DNA of 64,000 nt, from NCBI RefSeq assembly GCF_006345805.1, contig NC_043024.1, forward strand, positions 7,130,001 to 7,194,000, in the 5' to 3' direction. A program made the translations under genes and the position numbers. The stretch comes from Octopus sinensis (lineage: Eukaryota). A model generated the notes under the pieces. It searched no databases. It had not been told where the DNA came from and saw only the letters and a list, made by a program, of their open reading frames with translations. Shown one piece after another: positions 13,773-26,449 of the stretch (the first letter of the stretch is position 1; each line of letters begins with the position of its first letter).

Positions 13773-14419
13773 AGAGAGGTTGAGAACTACAACACTAGGC
13801 GTGGGGCAAAGGGAAGAGTGTAATTTAAGAAAAGAAGTGAGTTTTTGGTTGCTATTTCTAGCGTGGCGATCAACCGTGTCGAAGGTGCTGTTGGCAACGT
13901 TGTTTCCAGTAGCTTTCTGAGTTGCCTCCCTGTAATGTCTTGACTTAAGGAAATTCCATGACGGTTAGCATGACGAAGCAATTACCTGTCATAGAGAGAG
14001 AGAGAGGTTCTAATTTAACAAAACTACACAACGTTCCCCTTCTTCCGCTTCCCTCCGTCTCCGCCTCCTCTTTTTCTTCCGCTCTTCTTTTTCTTCTTTC
14101 TGCCACTTCTCTCCAAGAGTGAAACTTGGAATCGCTGTGATGGCAAGGGAAGTAACTACATTATTATTTAAGCAATCAGGTAAAGAACTTAGTTACTTCC
14201 CTTAGATTCTTCAACGTCAATTGTTGATCCTCGATGTTTGGTTAAAGGTTTTAGGTATAAACTAGCGGTCCTTAACCGGAGTCCATATACCCCTTGGGGG
14301 TCCAGCGCCGCCGCGAGCGGTATATCATTTGGACGATGTGGAGAATATACCGCCAGCATTGCCAAAGGACTTGAACATTAGTTTCAAGGTTCATTCACGG
14401 GCTATAACGTCCCCTGCCC

Positions 14420-14845
14420 TATTCAGGATCACAACATATAGGTACACTGCGACACAATTTCTTTTCCTCGACAGGCCCAGCCCTGTTTAACATTGTCCCG
14501 AAAGAGATCAAAGAGGAAAAGGACCCCATCACCTTTAAACGGAATCTGGACAGATTTCTTCAAGGAATACCGGATAAAGTGTATAAAGTTTTCAACATTA
14601 AGGAAAAAAGAATCGCCGAGGTTAAAAACGAAGTGGTGGAGCGATGCATGGCTACGATATGGAACGAGGTACGCTACGTCAGCCGAGGTGTAAGAAGTGC
14701 TACAGTAGAAGCACATTTCCAGTCGGCTAACGTAGCAAAAGAGATTTCAAAGCAAACCTTACAAAACGAAGAGCTCATGTTGCTGCCGACATACCTGGAT
14801 ACAATTCACTCAACAAGAAATCACTACTTGAATGGACCATGAACA
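14420..14845 (+). pseudogene. Probable decayed LINE ORF1-like fragment
   Basis: Non-repetitive, protein-like frame (..VRYVSRGVRSATVEAHFQSANVAKEISKQTLQNEELMLLPTYL..) with no splice context. Family assignment is by resemblance only. Confidence 0.35.
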
Positions 14846-15317
14846 AAACTTGACTTAAACAGGATTTAGATAATCCTATCAGGTGGTGCTATTAAGTTAG
14901 ACATGACCAGTACCAATCATTGGTCGAAACATAAATTACTTTTTACTTGTATAATACACAAAATATTTCGGTACAACTAGCGAACAGTCGTAAGTAGTCG
15001 ATCCTACAACGTTTCAAGCCTACGCTCTTCTACAGAAAGGGACACAGAAAAAACAAGGAGAGAACCAAGGAGAGAAAAAAATGTGTGTAGTGGCTAACGA
15101 TCTATCATGGCGACTGATAGATCGTTTTATATATATATATATATATATAATGATAAATCTCAGAGCGAGTTATAAACAGTAGCGGTAACACATTGGTAAC
15201 ACATCTGAGATTTATCATTGTTTGATTTCACTTTTTCAATATCAGTGTCAAATCAACACTGGAAAAAGTATATGTATTTGTGAAGGGATCTGACTTCTCA
15301 TCGACAACCATGATTGT

Positions 15318-15362
15318 CACACGCTGATGAAAGGTAAACACCTTGAAACTCGGGTACGTGTG
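15318..15362 (+). ncRNA. Minimal type-I hammerhead ribozyme (intact-looking)
   Basis: CACACG-CUGAUGA-AAGGU(AAAC)ACCUU-GAA-ACUCGGGU-A/CGUGUG. Stem I extends through CAUGAU/AUCAUG. Predicted cleavage after 15356. Confidence 0.85.
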
Positions 15363-15525
15363 TATCATGTGTTGAAGACGGGGAGGATGACTCCCCTTCA
15401 CAAATACTGACAGGACACAGATAGTGTGTCTATGGCCAGCTGGAGGAGATATCTTCCTGGGGTTACAAACTACAGTAGCATTCACCTTTATGGGTTAGCC
15501 ATATTCAAATGGCATATGTGCATCA

Positions 15526-15566
<41 letters not shown>

Positions 15567-16229
15567 TAAACAGTAAAAATAATTACAGACATGGACAAGA
15601 ACATGAAACACCACAGAGACGACACAAGAACGACAGGACGGGACATTCGAAGCCCTCAGTCATCAGTCAAGAACCAGATCATCTTAGCAATTTCGGCTGA
15701 TTAATCTTGAGATTGCTCCGATATGGCCAGCCAGCCAATATATATATAGGGAGAGTTTACGAAAAACACAAAAGACGAAGACAGGTGGTGTACAAAACAA
15801 ACTGATGTATTAGTATAACGCTCAGGAATTAGGAATTTGAGAAAATTAGGGATTGGAGAATATAAGACCCAAGCTACATATGTCTCACTGGTTGTCAATC
15901 AATGGTAGAGGACAAACATAGAAGGTATCCTTGGCCTGAAGAGTAGCTTGCGGTCGACCTCTCGTTTGGATAATATACTACTTCCGAAGTTCCGCTAGCA
16001 TTGAAATATATATAGCTTGGATTTTATCTACTCCATTCCCATATTTTTTGGATATTTATTCGCATGAGCAGCTTTTTATTCAGCTTAGCGTGCTTCGATA
16101 GGGGGAAAATTCAGAACCTTCTGCGCCTATAAAGCTCCATTGTTCAAGAAAGTTGTTTTTTTTATATATCTTCTATGGATTGTTTGAAGCCCACTAACTT
16201 CCTACACCTTGATCCTTGGATCTTACCTT

Positions 16230-16435
16230 TACAGACAGACAGACAGACAGACAGACATATAGATAGATAGACTGGTAGGTAGGTAGGTAGACAGATAGAC
16301 AGGTAGGTAGGTAGGTAGGTAGACAGATAGGTAGACAGGTAGGTAGGTAGACAGATAGGTAGACAGGTAGGTAGGTAGACAGATAGGTAGACAGGTAGGT
16401 AGGTAGATAGATAGGTAGATAGACAGGTAGGTAGG

Positions 16436-16475
<40 letters not shown>

Positions 16476-16621
16476 GATAGATAGATAGATATATAGATAG
16501 ATAGACTGACAGACAGACAGATAGATAGATAGACATGTAGGTAGGTAGACAGATAGATAGACCGGTAGGTAGGTAGACAGATAGATAGACAGGTAGGTAG
16601 GTAGATAGACAGGTAGGTAGG

Positions 16622-16678
<57 letters not shown>

Positions 16679-16732
16679 GATAGATAGATAGATAGATAGA
16701 TAGACTGGCAGACAGACAGACAGATCGATAGA
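16230..16732. repeat. Compound (GATA)/(GGTA)/(GACA) microsatellite
   Basis: Direct inspection. Confidence 0.95.
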
Positions 16733-17354
16733 TATGCGGGGTGTTCGTGTTTGTCTCGCCTCGCTGCTCGACTGAGTTCGTTCTTTTACGTCCCGTAACC
16801 TAGCGGTTCGGCAAAAGATTACCGATAGCATAAGCATCTGACTTAAGAAAATAATTTCTAATGTCGATCTGATGAGCTAAAAAACTTTCAAGACACGGTA
16901 CCCCAGCATGGCCACTAGAAAATTATATATATATATACGTTAATATATTCGTTTTGCAAGAAATTTAATGTGAAATCGTGTGTAGAAACAGATATTGTAT
17001 TTTGGGACGGTCATGTTGCCAGTTTAACCAATAAAAACACACGCACTATATATTTGGTGTTAATTTGCTTCAGTTTTATTTTATATTAATCGTATTTCGG
17101 CCAGAGTTCTTTCGTCACAGAATAAAAAAATAATAAGTAGGTATAAACACATGAACAAAATAAATAAAAGTAAATTAAACTAACGTGTATAAATAGGGGA
17201 TACAGAAAATACAGGCACTCCCCACACACATACACACACTTACTAAACATAGACACACACAGGAGTATAGGCATGCGCAAATAAAGACAATGGGAATACA
17301 AAATGGCTGATCGTTAGTAAGGAGAGACACACAAATAAGAAAGAAGAAAGCAAA

Positions 17355-17399
17355 GGACCACTGATGAGGTCACAGAAGTGTGACGAAAGAACTCTGGCC
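17355..17399 (+). ncRNA. Minimal type-I hammerhead ribozyme
   Basis: GGACCA-CUGAUGA-G-GUCACA(GAAG)UGUGAC-GAA-AGAACU-C/UGGCC. Confidence 0.75.
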
Positions 17400-17526
17400 G
17401 AAATACGATTAATGTAAAAAATAAAATAAAGGTTAAGCAAATTAACACCAAATATATAGTGCGTGTTATTATTGGCTAAACTGGCAACATGACCATCCCC
17501 AAATACAATATATATATATATTTTTT

Positions 17527-17558
<32 letters not shown>

Positions 17559-17670
17559 CTGAAAATTTAGGGTGAATACTTGATAAGTGTAAGCACCTGT
17601 ATACGCCAGCTAGTGGCAGAGGTGAGAGGGAATATATCAAATAAAATCAAAAACAGAACACAAAGGATGT

Positions 17671-17763
17671 CGTGGTGCACGTGTTTCAAGCTTTATAAAC
17701 GACCTGTTCTTACATTAGTGTATAATAGATATAAAAGATGGTTTAAAGCTCTCTTCAGCCGCA
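17671..17763 (-). ncRNA. Inverted, mutated copy of the 17806 hammerhead
   Basis: Same family on the opposite strand. The triplet reads GCA instead of GUA and stem I has mismatches. Confidence 0.6.
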
Positions 17764-17805
17764 TGCATTGTTATTCCTAAGAGTTACATCTTGAATAACA
17801 ATGCA

Positions 17806-17898
17806 TGCGGCTGAAGAGAGCTTTAAATCATCTTTTATATCTATTATACACTAATGTAAGAACAGGTCGTTTACAAAGCTTGAAACACGTGTACCGCA
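17806..17898 (+). ncRNA. Type-I hammerhead ribozyme with long stem II
   Basis: UGCGG-CUGAAGA-GAGCUUU...AAAGCUU-GAA-ACACGUGU-A/CCGCA. Stem III is palindromic and the cleavage triplet is GUA. Confidence 0.8.
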
Positions 17899-17930
17899 AC
17901 ATTCTTTGTGTTCTGTTTTTGATTTTATTT

Positions 17931-17969
<39 letters not shown>

Positions 17970-18971
17970 CGATAGTTCCGTCCAAAATAAAAGGTTTTCT
18001 GTGAAGAAAGCTCCATACTTTAGCACTAAATTACCAATTCTATATTTGGTGGTACTCTTTATTGAATGTGTCCAGCAGCAGCAGTGGTAGTAGTAGTAGC
18101 AGCAGCATCCCGTTTTTGTGTCCTGTTGCTGTCAACGAATTTACATATGTTCAAGGGAGACAACTCTTATCACTTTGATTTAGACGTTGTGCCTTTTTGC
18201 AGATAAAATTCTTTACACCTCTAGGCACAATGCCCAGAATTTGGGGGAAGGATAGCCAGTCGATTAGATCGACCCCAGTACGCAACTGGTACTTAATTTA
18301 TAGCCCCCGCCGAAAAGATGAAAGGCAAAGTCGACCTCGGCGGAATTTGAACTCAGAACGTAAAGACAGACGAAATACCTATTTCTTTACTACCCATAAG
18401 GGGCTAAACACAATGGGGACAAACAAGGACAGACAAACGGACTAAGTCGATTATATCGACCCCAGTGTGTAACTGGTGCTTATTTAAAAGACCCCGAAAG
18501 GATGAAAGGCAAAGTCGACCTCGGCGTAATTTAAACTCTGAACGTAAAGACAGACGAAATAGCGCTAAGCATTTCGCCCAGCTCACCGTATCTTCTGGCA
18601 TACAAGTAAATTTTAGCCTGAAAACTTCAGCTTGTATGCCAGGGAAAATGGTAGTTTCGTTTCTAAATTAAACATGGACATATTCATAGACTTTGTCACG
18701 CACCGGAATTCAGCCACTCACAGTGTATACACGTTTGTGTGTATATACATACTCTCTCTCTCACACACACACAATTCTTTAAAAAAGAATGTGACACACA
18801 GATAAGGGAAAAAAATTAAAAATATAAAATTAATTATATGAATTTTTAATAAATTTTTTTTTTTTTTGCTTTTTCTTTCACAATTTTCTTTTGGCAAGTT
18901 ATGAAAATGTATTTCAAATGTTCATGATTGGACATTTTTTAGCTTTATACATAAACATTATATAAATATAT

Positions 18972-19007
<36 letters not shown>

Positions 19008-19251
19008 TTATATATGTATGTATGTATGTGTGTGTGTACATATGGCATACACATTATATGTAATTTTTGCATAACATTCATATATGGCACAGCAACAGTA
19101 CAAGAGCATATATAGCATACATGCATATTCCCCATAATCATATAATCATCATTTGTACATCTGATTTTCCATGCTAGCATGGGATGGTTGGGTCTTTGTC
19201 TGCACATAAACATGCATACATGTGTGTGTGTATGGGTCTGTGTGTGTATGT

Positions 19252-19297
<46 letters not shown>

Positions 19298-19517
19298 CTT
19301 TTACTCTCTTTTACTTGTTTCAGTCATTTGACTGCGGCCATGCTGGAGCACCGCCTTTAATCGAGCAACTCGACCCCGGGACTTATTCTTTTGTAAGCCC
19401 AGTACTTATTCTATCGGTCTCTTTTGCCGAACCGCTAAGTAACGGGGACGTAAACACACCAGCATCGGTTGTCAAGCAATGCTAGGGGGACAAACACAGA
19501 CACACAAACATACACGG

Positions 19518-19551
<34 letters not shown>

Positions 19552-21370
19552 GCATATATACGAGGGGCTTCTTTCAGTTTCCGTCTACCAAATCCACTCA
19601 CAAAGCTTTGGTCGGCCCGAGGCTATAGTAGAAGACACTTGCCCAAGGTACCACGCAGTCGGACTGAACCCGGAACCATGTGGTTGGTAAGCAAGCTACT
19701 TACCACACAGCCACTCCTGCGCCTATATATAATTGTCATTTATCTTTTGTTTCTGTGATGCGGGGTCAAGATCTTGAAGGGTTTAGCCAAACAAACAGAC
19801 CCCAGTACTTTTCCTTTATAAGTTTGGTACATATTCTATCAGTCGCTTTTGCCAAACCGCTAAGTCAGTGATGTAAACAAACCAACAATTCTCAAGCAGT
19901 GGTTGGGACTACAAAACACACACACATATATATATATATACACACACACATGCATGCACACACACATGCATGCACACACACATATATACACACACACACT
20001 CACACACATATATACACACACGCGCATGCACACATATATACACACACGCACACACATATATATATACATATATATATATATACACACACACAAACACACA
20101 CACACACACGCACATTTCGGCACAGGTATGGCCATGTGATAAGAAGTTTTCTCCCCAACCACATAATTCCAGGTTCAGTCCCACTAAGTGGCACTTGAGA
20201 CAGGTGTCCTCTACTACAGCCTCAGCCTGACCAAATCCCTGTGATCAGATTTCATACACAAGTTATTGGTTAGCGCAGGTCTATAGAAGTGAACACTTGC
20301 CCAAGGTGCCACATACTAGAACTGAACCCAAAACCACATGGTTGCAAAGCAAGCCCCTTATCCACACAGCCATGGCAACACCTACACACCTACATATGTA
20401 TAGGCGCACACACATATATGTATACATGTATGTATTTGGATTTGTTTTGGTCCTTCATCATCTCCTTCGTGAAGCCCAACATTGTCAGGCCCTGGCTTCC
20501 ATTTCTTTCGACGTCTTTTTCGGTCCCTCCATTTAGATCTCCAGGCAGTTCTCTCACCCCTTTAATGTCCAAATGCACCCATATGTCCATACCATCCCAG
20601 TCTTGTCCCTTGCACACAACATCTGATTTCCTTTCACACCTGGTTTTTTTTACCTGTCTCAGTCCATTCTAACTGCCATTTATTGCACACCCAGCGAAGC
20701 ATGGTCATCGTATTTATAGTAGTTGTATGTGTGTGTTTGTGTGTGTGTATGTGTATGAGTGTGTGAGCTTGTGTGTGTAGATGCCCTTTTTCTTGTGCAT
20801 GTTTATATCATTTTTCATGTATGTGTGTTTGTGTGTGTATATAGATAAATATATAAATATACAGATACATGTATACAAATATATATATACACACACATAT
20901 GTACATATACATACATATATATTTACAAACATACACATATACACATAGATACATACATGTACAGATATGTATATATATATACATAGTTATATACATATGT
21001 ACATAGATACCTATGTACATTTATATATATGTACATAGATACATATATATACACATACGTGTATGTATGTATATATATATACACTAATATAGGATAAAAT
21101 TTTTTCAGAAAATAATTTCATTAAAAGTGACAGCATATTAAAATACCTTTAAAGGTTAAAATTATTATAAACAACTTATAAACAAGGGCAAAAGAAAAAT
21201 TATTTCTATGCCGATATGCTGATAACAGACTTTAAATCATCAATCACCACATTTCATTATACATTCACTATAAATACACATTGTGCTGAAATCAAGGAAA
21301 GCTAGCCAACAGAATTTTTTTTAAAAGTTCATTATTTCTAAATTGAATCAATTTCAGAACAAAATATGAT

Positions 21371-21429
21371 TTTTTACTGAAGAGGGAAAAATCCATAGGA
21401 TTAATCCCGAAATTGATTCAATATAGAAA
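21371..21429 (+). ncRNA. Type-I hammerhead ribozyme spanning the spacer and start of the right arm of an inverted repeat
   Basis: UUUUUA-CUGAAGA-GGGA..AAUCC(AUA)GGAUU..UCCC-GAA-AUUGA(U)UCAAU-A/UAGAAA. Confidence 0.75.
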
Positions 21430-21944
21430 TAACGAACTTTTCAAAAAAAATTCTGTTGGCTAGCTTTCCTCGATTTCAGCACGATGTGTATTTATAGTGA
21501 ATCATCATCATCATCGTTTAGCGTCCGCTTTCCATGCTAGCATGGGTTGGACGGTTCAACTGGGGTCTGGGAAGCCAGAAGGCTGCACCAGGCCCAGTCT
21601 GATCTGGCAATGTTTCAACGGCTGGATGCCCTTCCTAACGCCAACCACTCCGTGAGTGTAGTGGGTGCTTTTTACGTGCCACAGGCACAGGTGCCAGACG
21701 AGGCTGACAAACGGCCACGATTGGATGGTGCTTTTTATGTGTCACTGGCACGAAGTTCTGGGCTCAATTTGTCTGACTAAAAAAATTCTTTTTTAAAAAC
21801 CTTCAAGGTGGTGCCCCAGCATGGCCACAGCCAAATGACAAACAAGTAAAAGATAAGATATGGAAGTGGTGATTGACGATTTAAAGTCTGTTATCAGCAT
21901 ATTGGCATAGAAATAATTTTTCTTTTGCCCTTGTTTATAAGTTG

Positions 21945-21979
<35 letters not shown>

Positions 21980-22619
21980 GTACATATACATACATACATG
22001 CACACATACACATATATACACATATACATATATTCACATACACACACACACACACACACATGTAAATGCATGTATAAACAAATATCTATACACATGCATG
22101 CTTTGATTTTCTTTGATTGTATATTTTATTATATAATAATTTTTTTTTCCAATATATTCATTTTTACATTTTTTTAATACATTTTTTTTTCTTTTTCAAC
22201 GAGTACCCCTTGACATACAGGACAAATCTTAGCAGTGACAAAAGGCCTACACTTGTTAACCCACCCACACCCGTCCCACTCCCCACCCACACGTGTACAT
22301 GTGTATATATATGTATATATATCTATATATATATATATGTATATATATAAATAATTTGTGTGTGTGTATGTATATAGTCATTTTCGTATTGTTTTACTTG
22401 ATCCCCTTCAATCATACAGAGTACTAAGTTGTAGTAGTAGTAGTAGTAGTTGTAGTAGTTGTAGTGGTGGTGGTGGTGGTGGTGGTGGTAGTGGTGGTGG
22501 CAGCAATAGTAGCATCAATTACCTCCCTTTCTTCCCTTCCCCCTCGGTCTCTCTGCCTCACTCACTCCGCAGGCATTACAAAACTAAGTGGGCAGTTTTC
22601 TTGTACATAGACATTCATT

Positions 22620-23292
22620 CACACACACACACACATACAGACAAACATGCACGTGTATATACACACACACACATACATACATATACATAAATACACATAC
22701 ATATATATATATATATATAAACACACATTTATATACATATATATACATACACATACATATATATATATATACATACATTTATATACATATAATATATATA
22801 TATATATACACACATACATTTATATTCATATATATATACACACACACATATATATATATATATACATACATATATATATACACACATACATATATATATA
22901 TACACACATATATATATACACACATACATATATACACACATACATATATATACACACATATATACATATATATATACACACATACATATATATATACACA
23001 GTATATAACAGTATATATACACACAGTATATATATAACAGTATATATAACAGTATATATACACAGTATATGTACACACATACATATATATACACACATAT
23101 ATACATATATATATACACACATACATATATATATACACACATACATATATATATACACACGTACATATATATATATATACACACATACATATATATATAT
23201 ATTATATATATGTGCACATACACATACATAGATGTGAATATATATATATATACATACACACACACACACACAGACAAACATATATATATATA
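22620..23292. repeat. Compound (TA)/(CA)/(CATA) microsatellite just downstream of the ATG4 stop codon
   Basis: Direct inspection. Confidence 0.95.
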
Positions 23293-23320
23293 CAGCGCAC
23301 ATCAAATGAGTAGGGGAGGA

Positions 23321-23376
23321 TCAGCCAAGCAGTTCAAATTCGTCTTCGGTATCACAGAAATCAACATTGACGTAAA
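23321..23376 (-). CDS. ATG4: ATG4 terminal coding exon with C-terminal LIR motif and TGA stop
   Basis: Polypyrimidine tract plus cag acceptor. Translates (V)YVNVDFCDTEDEFELLG*, similar to the ATG4B tail EDEDFEILSL. Phase matches the previous exon. Confidence 0.9.
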
Positions 23377-24245
23377 CTGAAAAAGAAGAATAGAAAGGCA
23401 TGAACAAAATTACAAAATCTATATCTTACACGAGGTACATATTTATTTATACCTTACTAGATAAATGTACCTTATCTACGGTACCTAGCGACAACTAAAT
23501 AGATGTACCCTATCTGTTGTACATATTTGTAACTCGCTAAATAGATTGGCAACCCGGTATTCATCCAGGATACCTCTTTACAGTGCTAGCAAGGCAACTC
23601 AGGTAACGATCATGGCACAGAAGCCAGTTAGCCACTCTGGCAACGATCACGCTCGGATGGTGCTCTTAGCACCCTACTAGCACGGGGCACAAGTGCCAGT
23701 AAAACCCTATTTTTTCCCCATAACATTATTTTCACACATGCGTTGTCTTAATTCTGTCATACAGCCAAAAATGCTTTCTCTGTATACAATTACTTGCATC
23801 ATTTATTAAATATTCATTTTTCCGCTACTATCTTCTCTTTTTCCTTTTATATATTTTCCTACAACTCATCCTTTTTACTTTTTAGTCTAGCAACCCTGTC
23901 CCTTTTTTGTACTTGCTTTATTCCTTCCTTCAAGCTCATTCATTCATAACCCCAGTAACTTTTTGCAGTTGATGTCCCCAAACTGAACAATACAATCAAT
24001 AACGAGTTGAAATTTTGATGATTTTTGGGCCAATAATTGATGAGGGGTGAGCATGTCCAAGTCCCTTGTGTGCTTTTATCTGTTTCCCATATGGTCCACT
24101 GTCGTCCTTTTGTGTCACAGTGACCCTGCTGGTGCTGGTGCCACATTAAAAGTACTCAATTCACTCTTTATCTATCTATATATAGATAAAGGCAGACAGA
24201 CACAATTTCGTGTTTATTATTACAGATATATATATATATATATAT

Positions 24246-24927
24246 ACTAGCACTATGACCTGGCAACGCTAAGTCATAGTGCTAGTGCATGCATATACAG
24301 CTGCATGCGTGCACACATACACGCGAGTATTGTCCAAGTCTCCGACCAATCATATACAGCTAGATGGCATTCAATTGGTGTATCAAGTTTCGGGTATTTT
24401 GATTGGGTTTTGGATAGAAAATTCACAAAAAAGTCACTTCTATTGATTTTTTAATGGCTTTGCAGGGAGACTGGGGAAATGTAAAGATGTGCACGACCAC
24501 CCTTGGACGGTTTTGAATGATCATAGAAAGTGCGAGCCCTCTAACTGAAAAATTGTGGATTTGTATAAAGGACATACACACAGACAGACATTTTGCTGTT
24601 TATATATAGAAAGGTTTGCGTGGTGACTGGGGAAATGTAAAGATGTGCACGACCACCCTTGGACGGTTTTGAATGACCATAGAAAGTGCGAGCCCTCTAA
24701 CTGAAAAATTGTGGATTTGTATAAAGGACACACACACAGACAGACATTTTGCTGTTTATATATAGAAAGGTTTGCGTGGTGACTGGGGAAATGTAAAGAT
24801 GTGCACGACCACCCTTGGACGGTTTTGAATGACCATAGAAAGTGCGAGCACTCTAATTGAAAAATTGTGGATTTGTATAAAGGACATACACACAGACAGA
24901 CATTTTGCCGTTTATATATATAGAGAT
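24246..24927 (+). mobile_element. Helitron/Helentron-like non-autonomous element with a 156-bp 3' segment repeated three times
   Basis: Starts ACTAG with a hairpin (actagcactatgac..gtcatagtgctagt). Units begin at 24469, 24625 and 24781. Ends acagacagac..tttatatatagagat. A similar 3' end lies at about 26270-26360. Confidence 0.6.
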
Positions 24928-25104
24928 ATATAAGGATGGAGGATTGGGTTATAACATTAGCCTTATGTAATAAGTGTTACCACTGAAGCAAAAACAAAAT
25001 ACCGTTCCATCCCATCTATTTTGGCATGAATGGAGTGGGTGGGCAGGTTGAATGGTTATGAAACAACAAACATCTCCAAGACAACAACAATGTCAAAGAC
25101 TCAC

Positions 25105-25261
25105 CAGGTTTCGAGGTTCCACCAGCAGCCATGTATGCTTCAGGAGGCCAATGTTTGGGCCGGAGCTTATGAATTTCAAACATTGGTGTCTTGCTGACCA
25201 TTTTCTGCCGGAATGCTTCGCAAAGGTCATCAAATTCGTCTTCGGTCAAGCAGAAAAACCC
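25105..25261 (-). CDS. ATG4: ATG4 coding exon
   Basis: GFFCLTEDEFDDLCEAFRQKMVSKTPMFEIHKLRPKHWPPEAYMAAGGTSKP. cag|..|gtgagt junctions, 157 nt, phase 0/1. Confidence 0.95.
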
Positions 25262-25806
25262 CTGTTTTGTAAATGTCGAGATTTTGGGAGAAAAAAAAGA
25301 AGGGCAAATGAAAATAAGACAAGGGAGAAAGTTGAGACAGGAAAACCATCACCTCTCCCCTCGTCCCTCGCAGATACACATAGGTATCTATGGAACTCAA
25401 AAATGGGACAATCACCATTTCGCTCCCTCTTTCACATGCCTTTTGTCCCTCTCTCTCTCTCTTTCTCTCTCTTTCACTTTCTCTTTCCCTCTCTCTCTCT
25501 CTCTTCTTTCTTTCTCTCTCTCTTTCTTTCTCTCCCTTTCTTTCTCTCTCTCTTTCTTTCTCTCTCTCTCTCCTTCTCTCTTTCTTTCTCTCTCTCTCTC
25601 TTTCTCTCTGTCTCTCAGACACAGCCAAGCTTTGAACATACAACAGTAGGACAGTTTCTCTCTTTCACTCTCTCTCCTTCCCACTATCTTTCCTTATCTC
25701 TCTGTTTCCCTATCACTCTCTGTCTATCTCTCTCTCTCTTTATCCACCTCTTTATCACTATCAGTCTCTATACCTATTTATCTGTGGGCATGTATACACA
25801 CACTCT

Positions 25807-25841
<35 letters not shown>

Positions 25842-26363
25842 TCAGCAAAATTTAGATTCAAATGAATATGGTACTTAAGTTAGATGCACCAGAATTTTGT
25901 ATGGTGTTATCCATAAAAATCCATGGGGTGATTACAATCAAAATAAGCAACAAGAATATCTTTGGTAAGATATTCTTGTTGCTTATTTGGATATATATAT
26001 ATAGATATATATATATGAGCAAAATGACCCCCGTCCAATGGACGGTGCTGAGTTGTCAAACATTTAAACCAAATTTTCTTAAATTTGGCCTCCCCTTTGA
26101 GAAACATTGATTTAACCTACATTTGAGACACCGGCAAAAGACGGAGTTCGACTGATGTACTTGCGCATACAAATGCACATTCCCACAGCTTTATCGATCG
26201 CATTCTCACCTGGAATCGATTTTTGTAATTTTTTCAAGACTTATACATGCCCTGATAGCGTCGGTATCCACATATTAAATTTGAGTGCAATCGGATGGAG
26301 GATGTCCGAGATCCTAGAAGACACACACAGACAGACAGAACAGATTTTACATTATATATATAC

Positions 26364-26433
<70 letters not shown>

Positions 26434-26449
26434 GTGTGTGTGTGTGTGT

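Noticed and set aside
22588-23380. Many long ORFs ([12 protein letters not shown]), also at 16.2, 19.9, 48.4 and 52 kb
   Set aside because: Stop-free translations of microsatellites.
25052-25855. 267-aa plus-strand ORF
   Set aside because: Antisense to an ATG4 exon and extended by a (CT)n tract.
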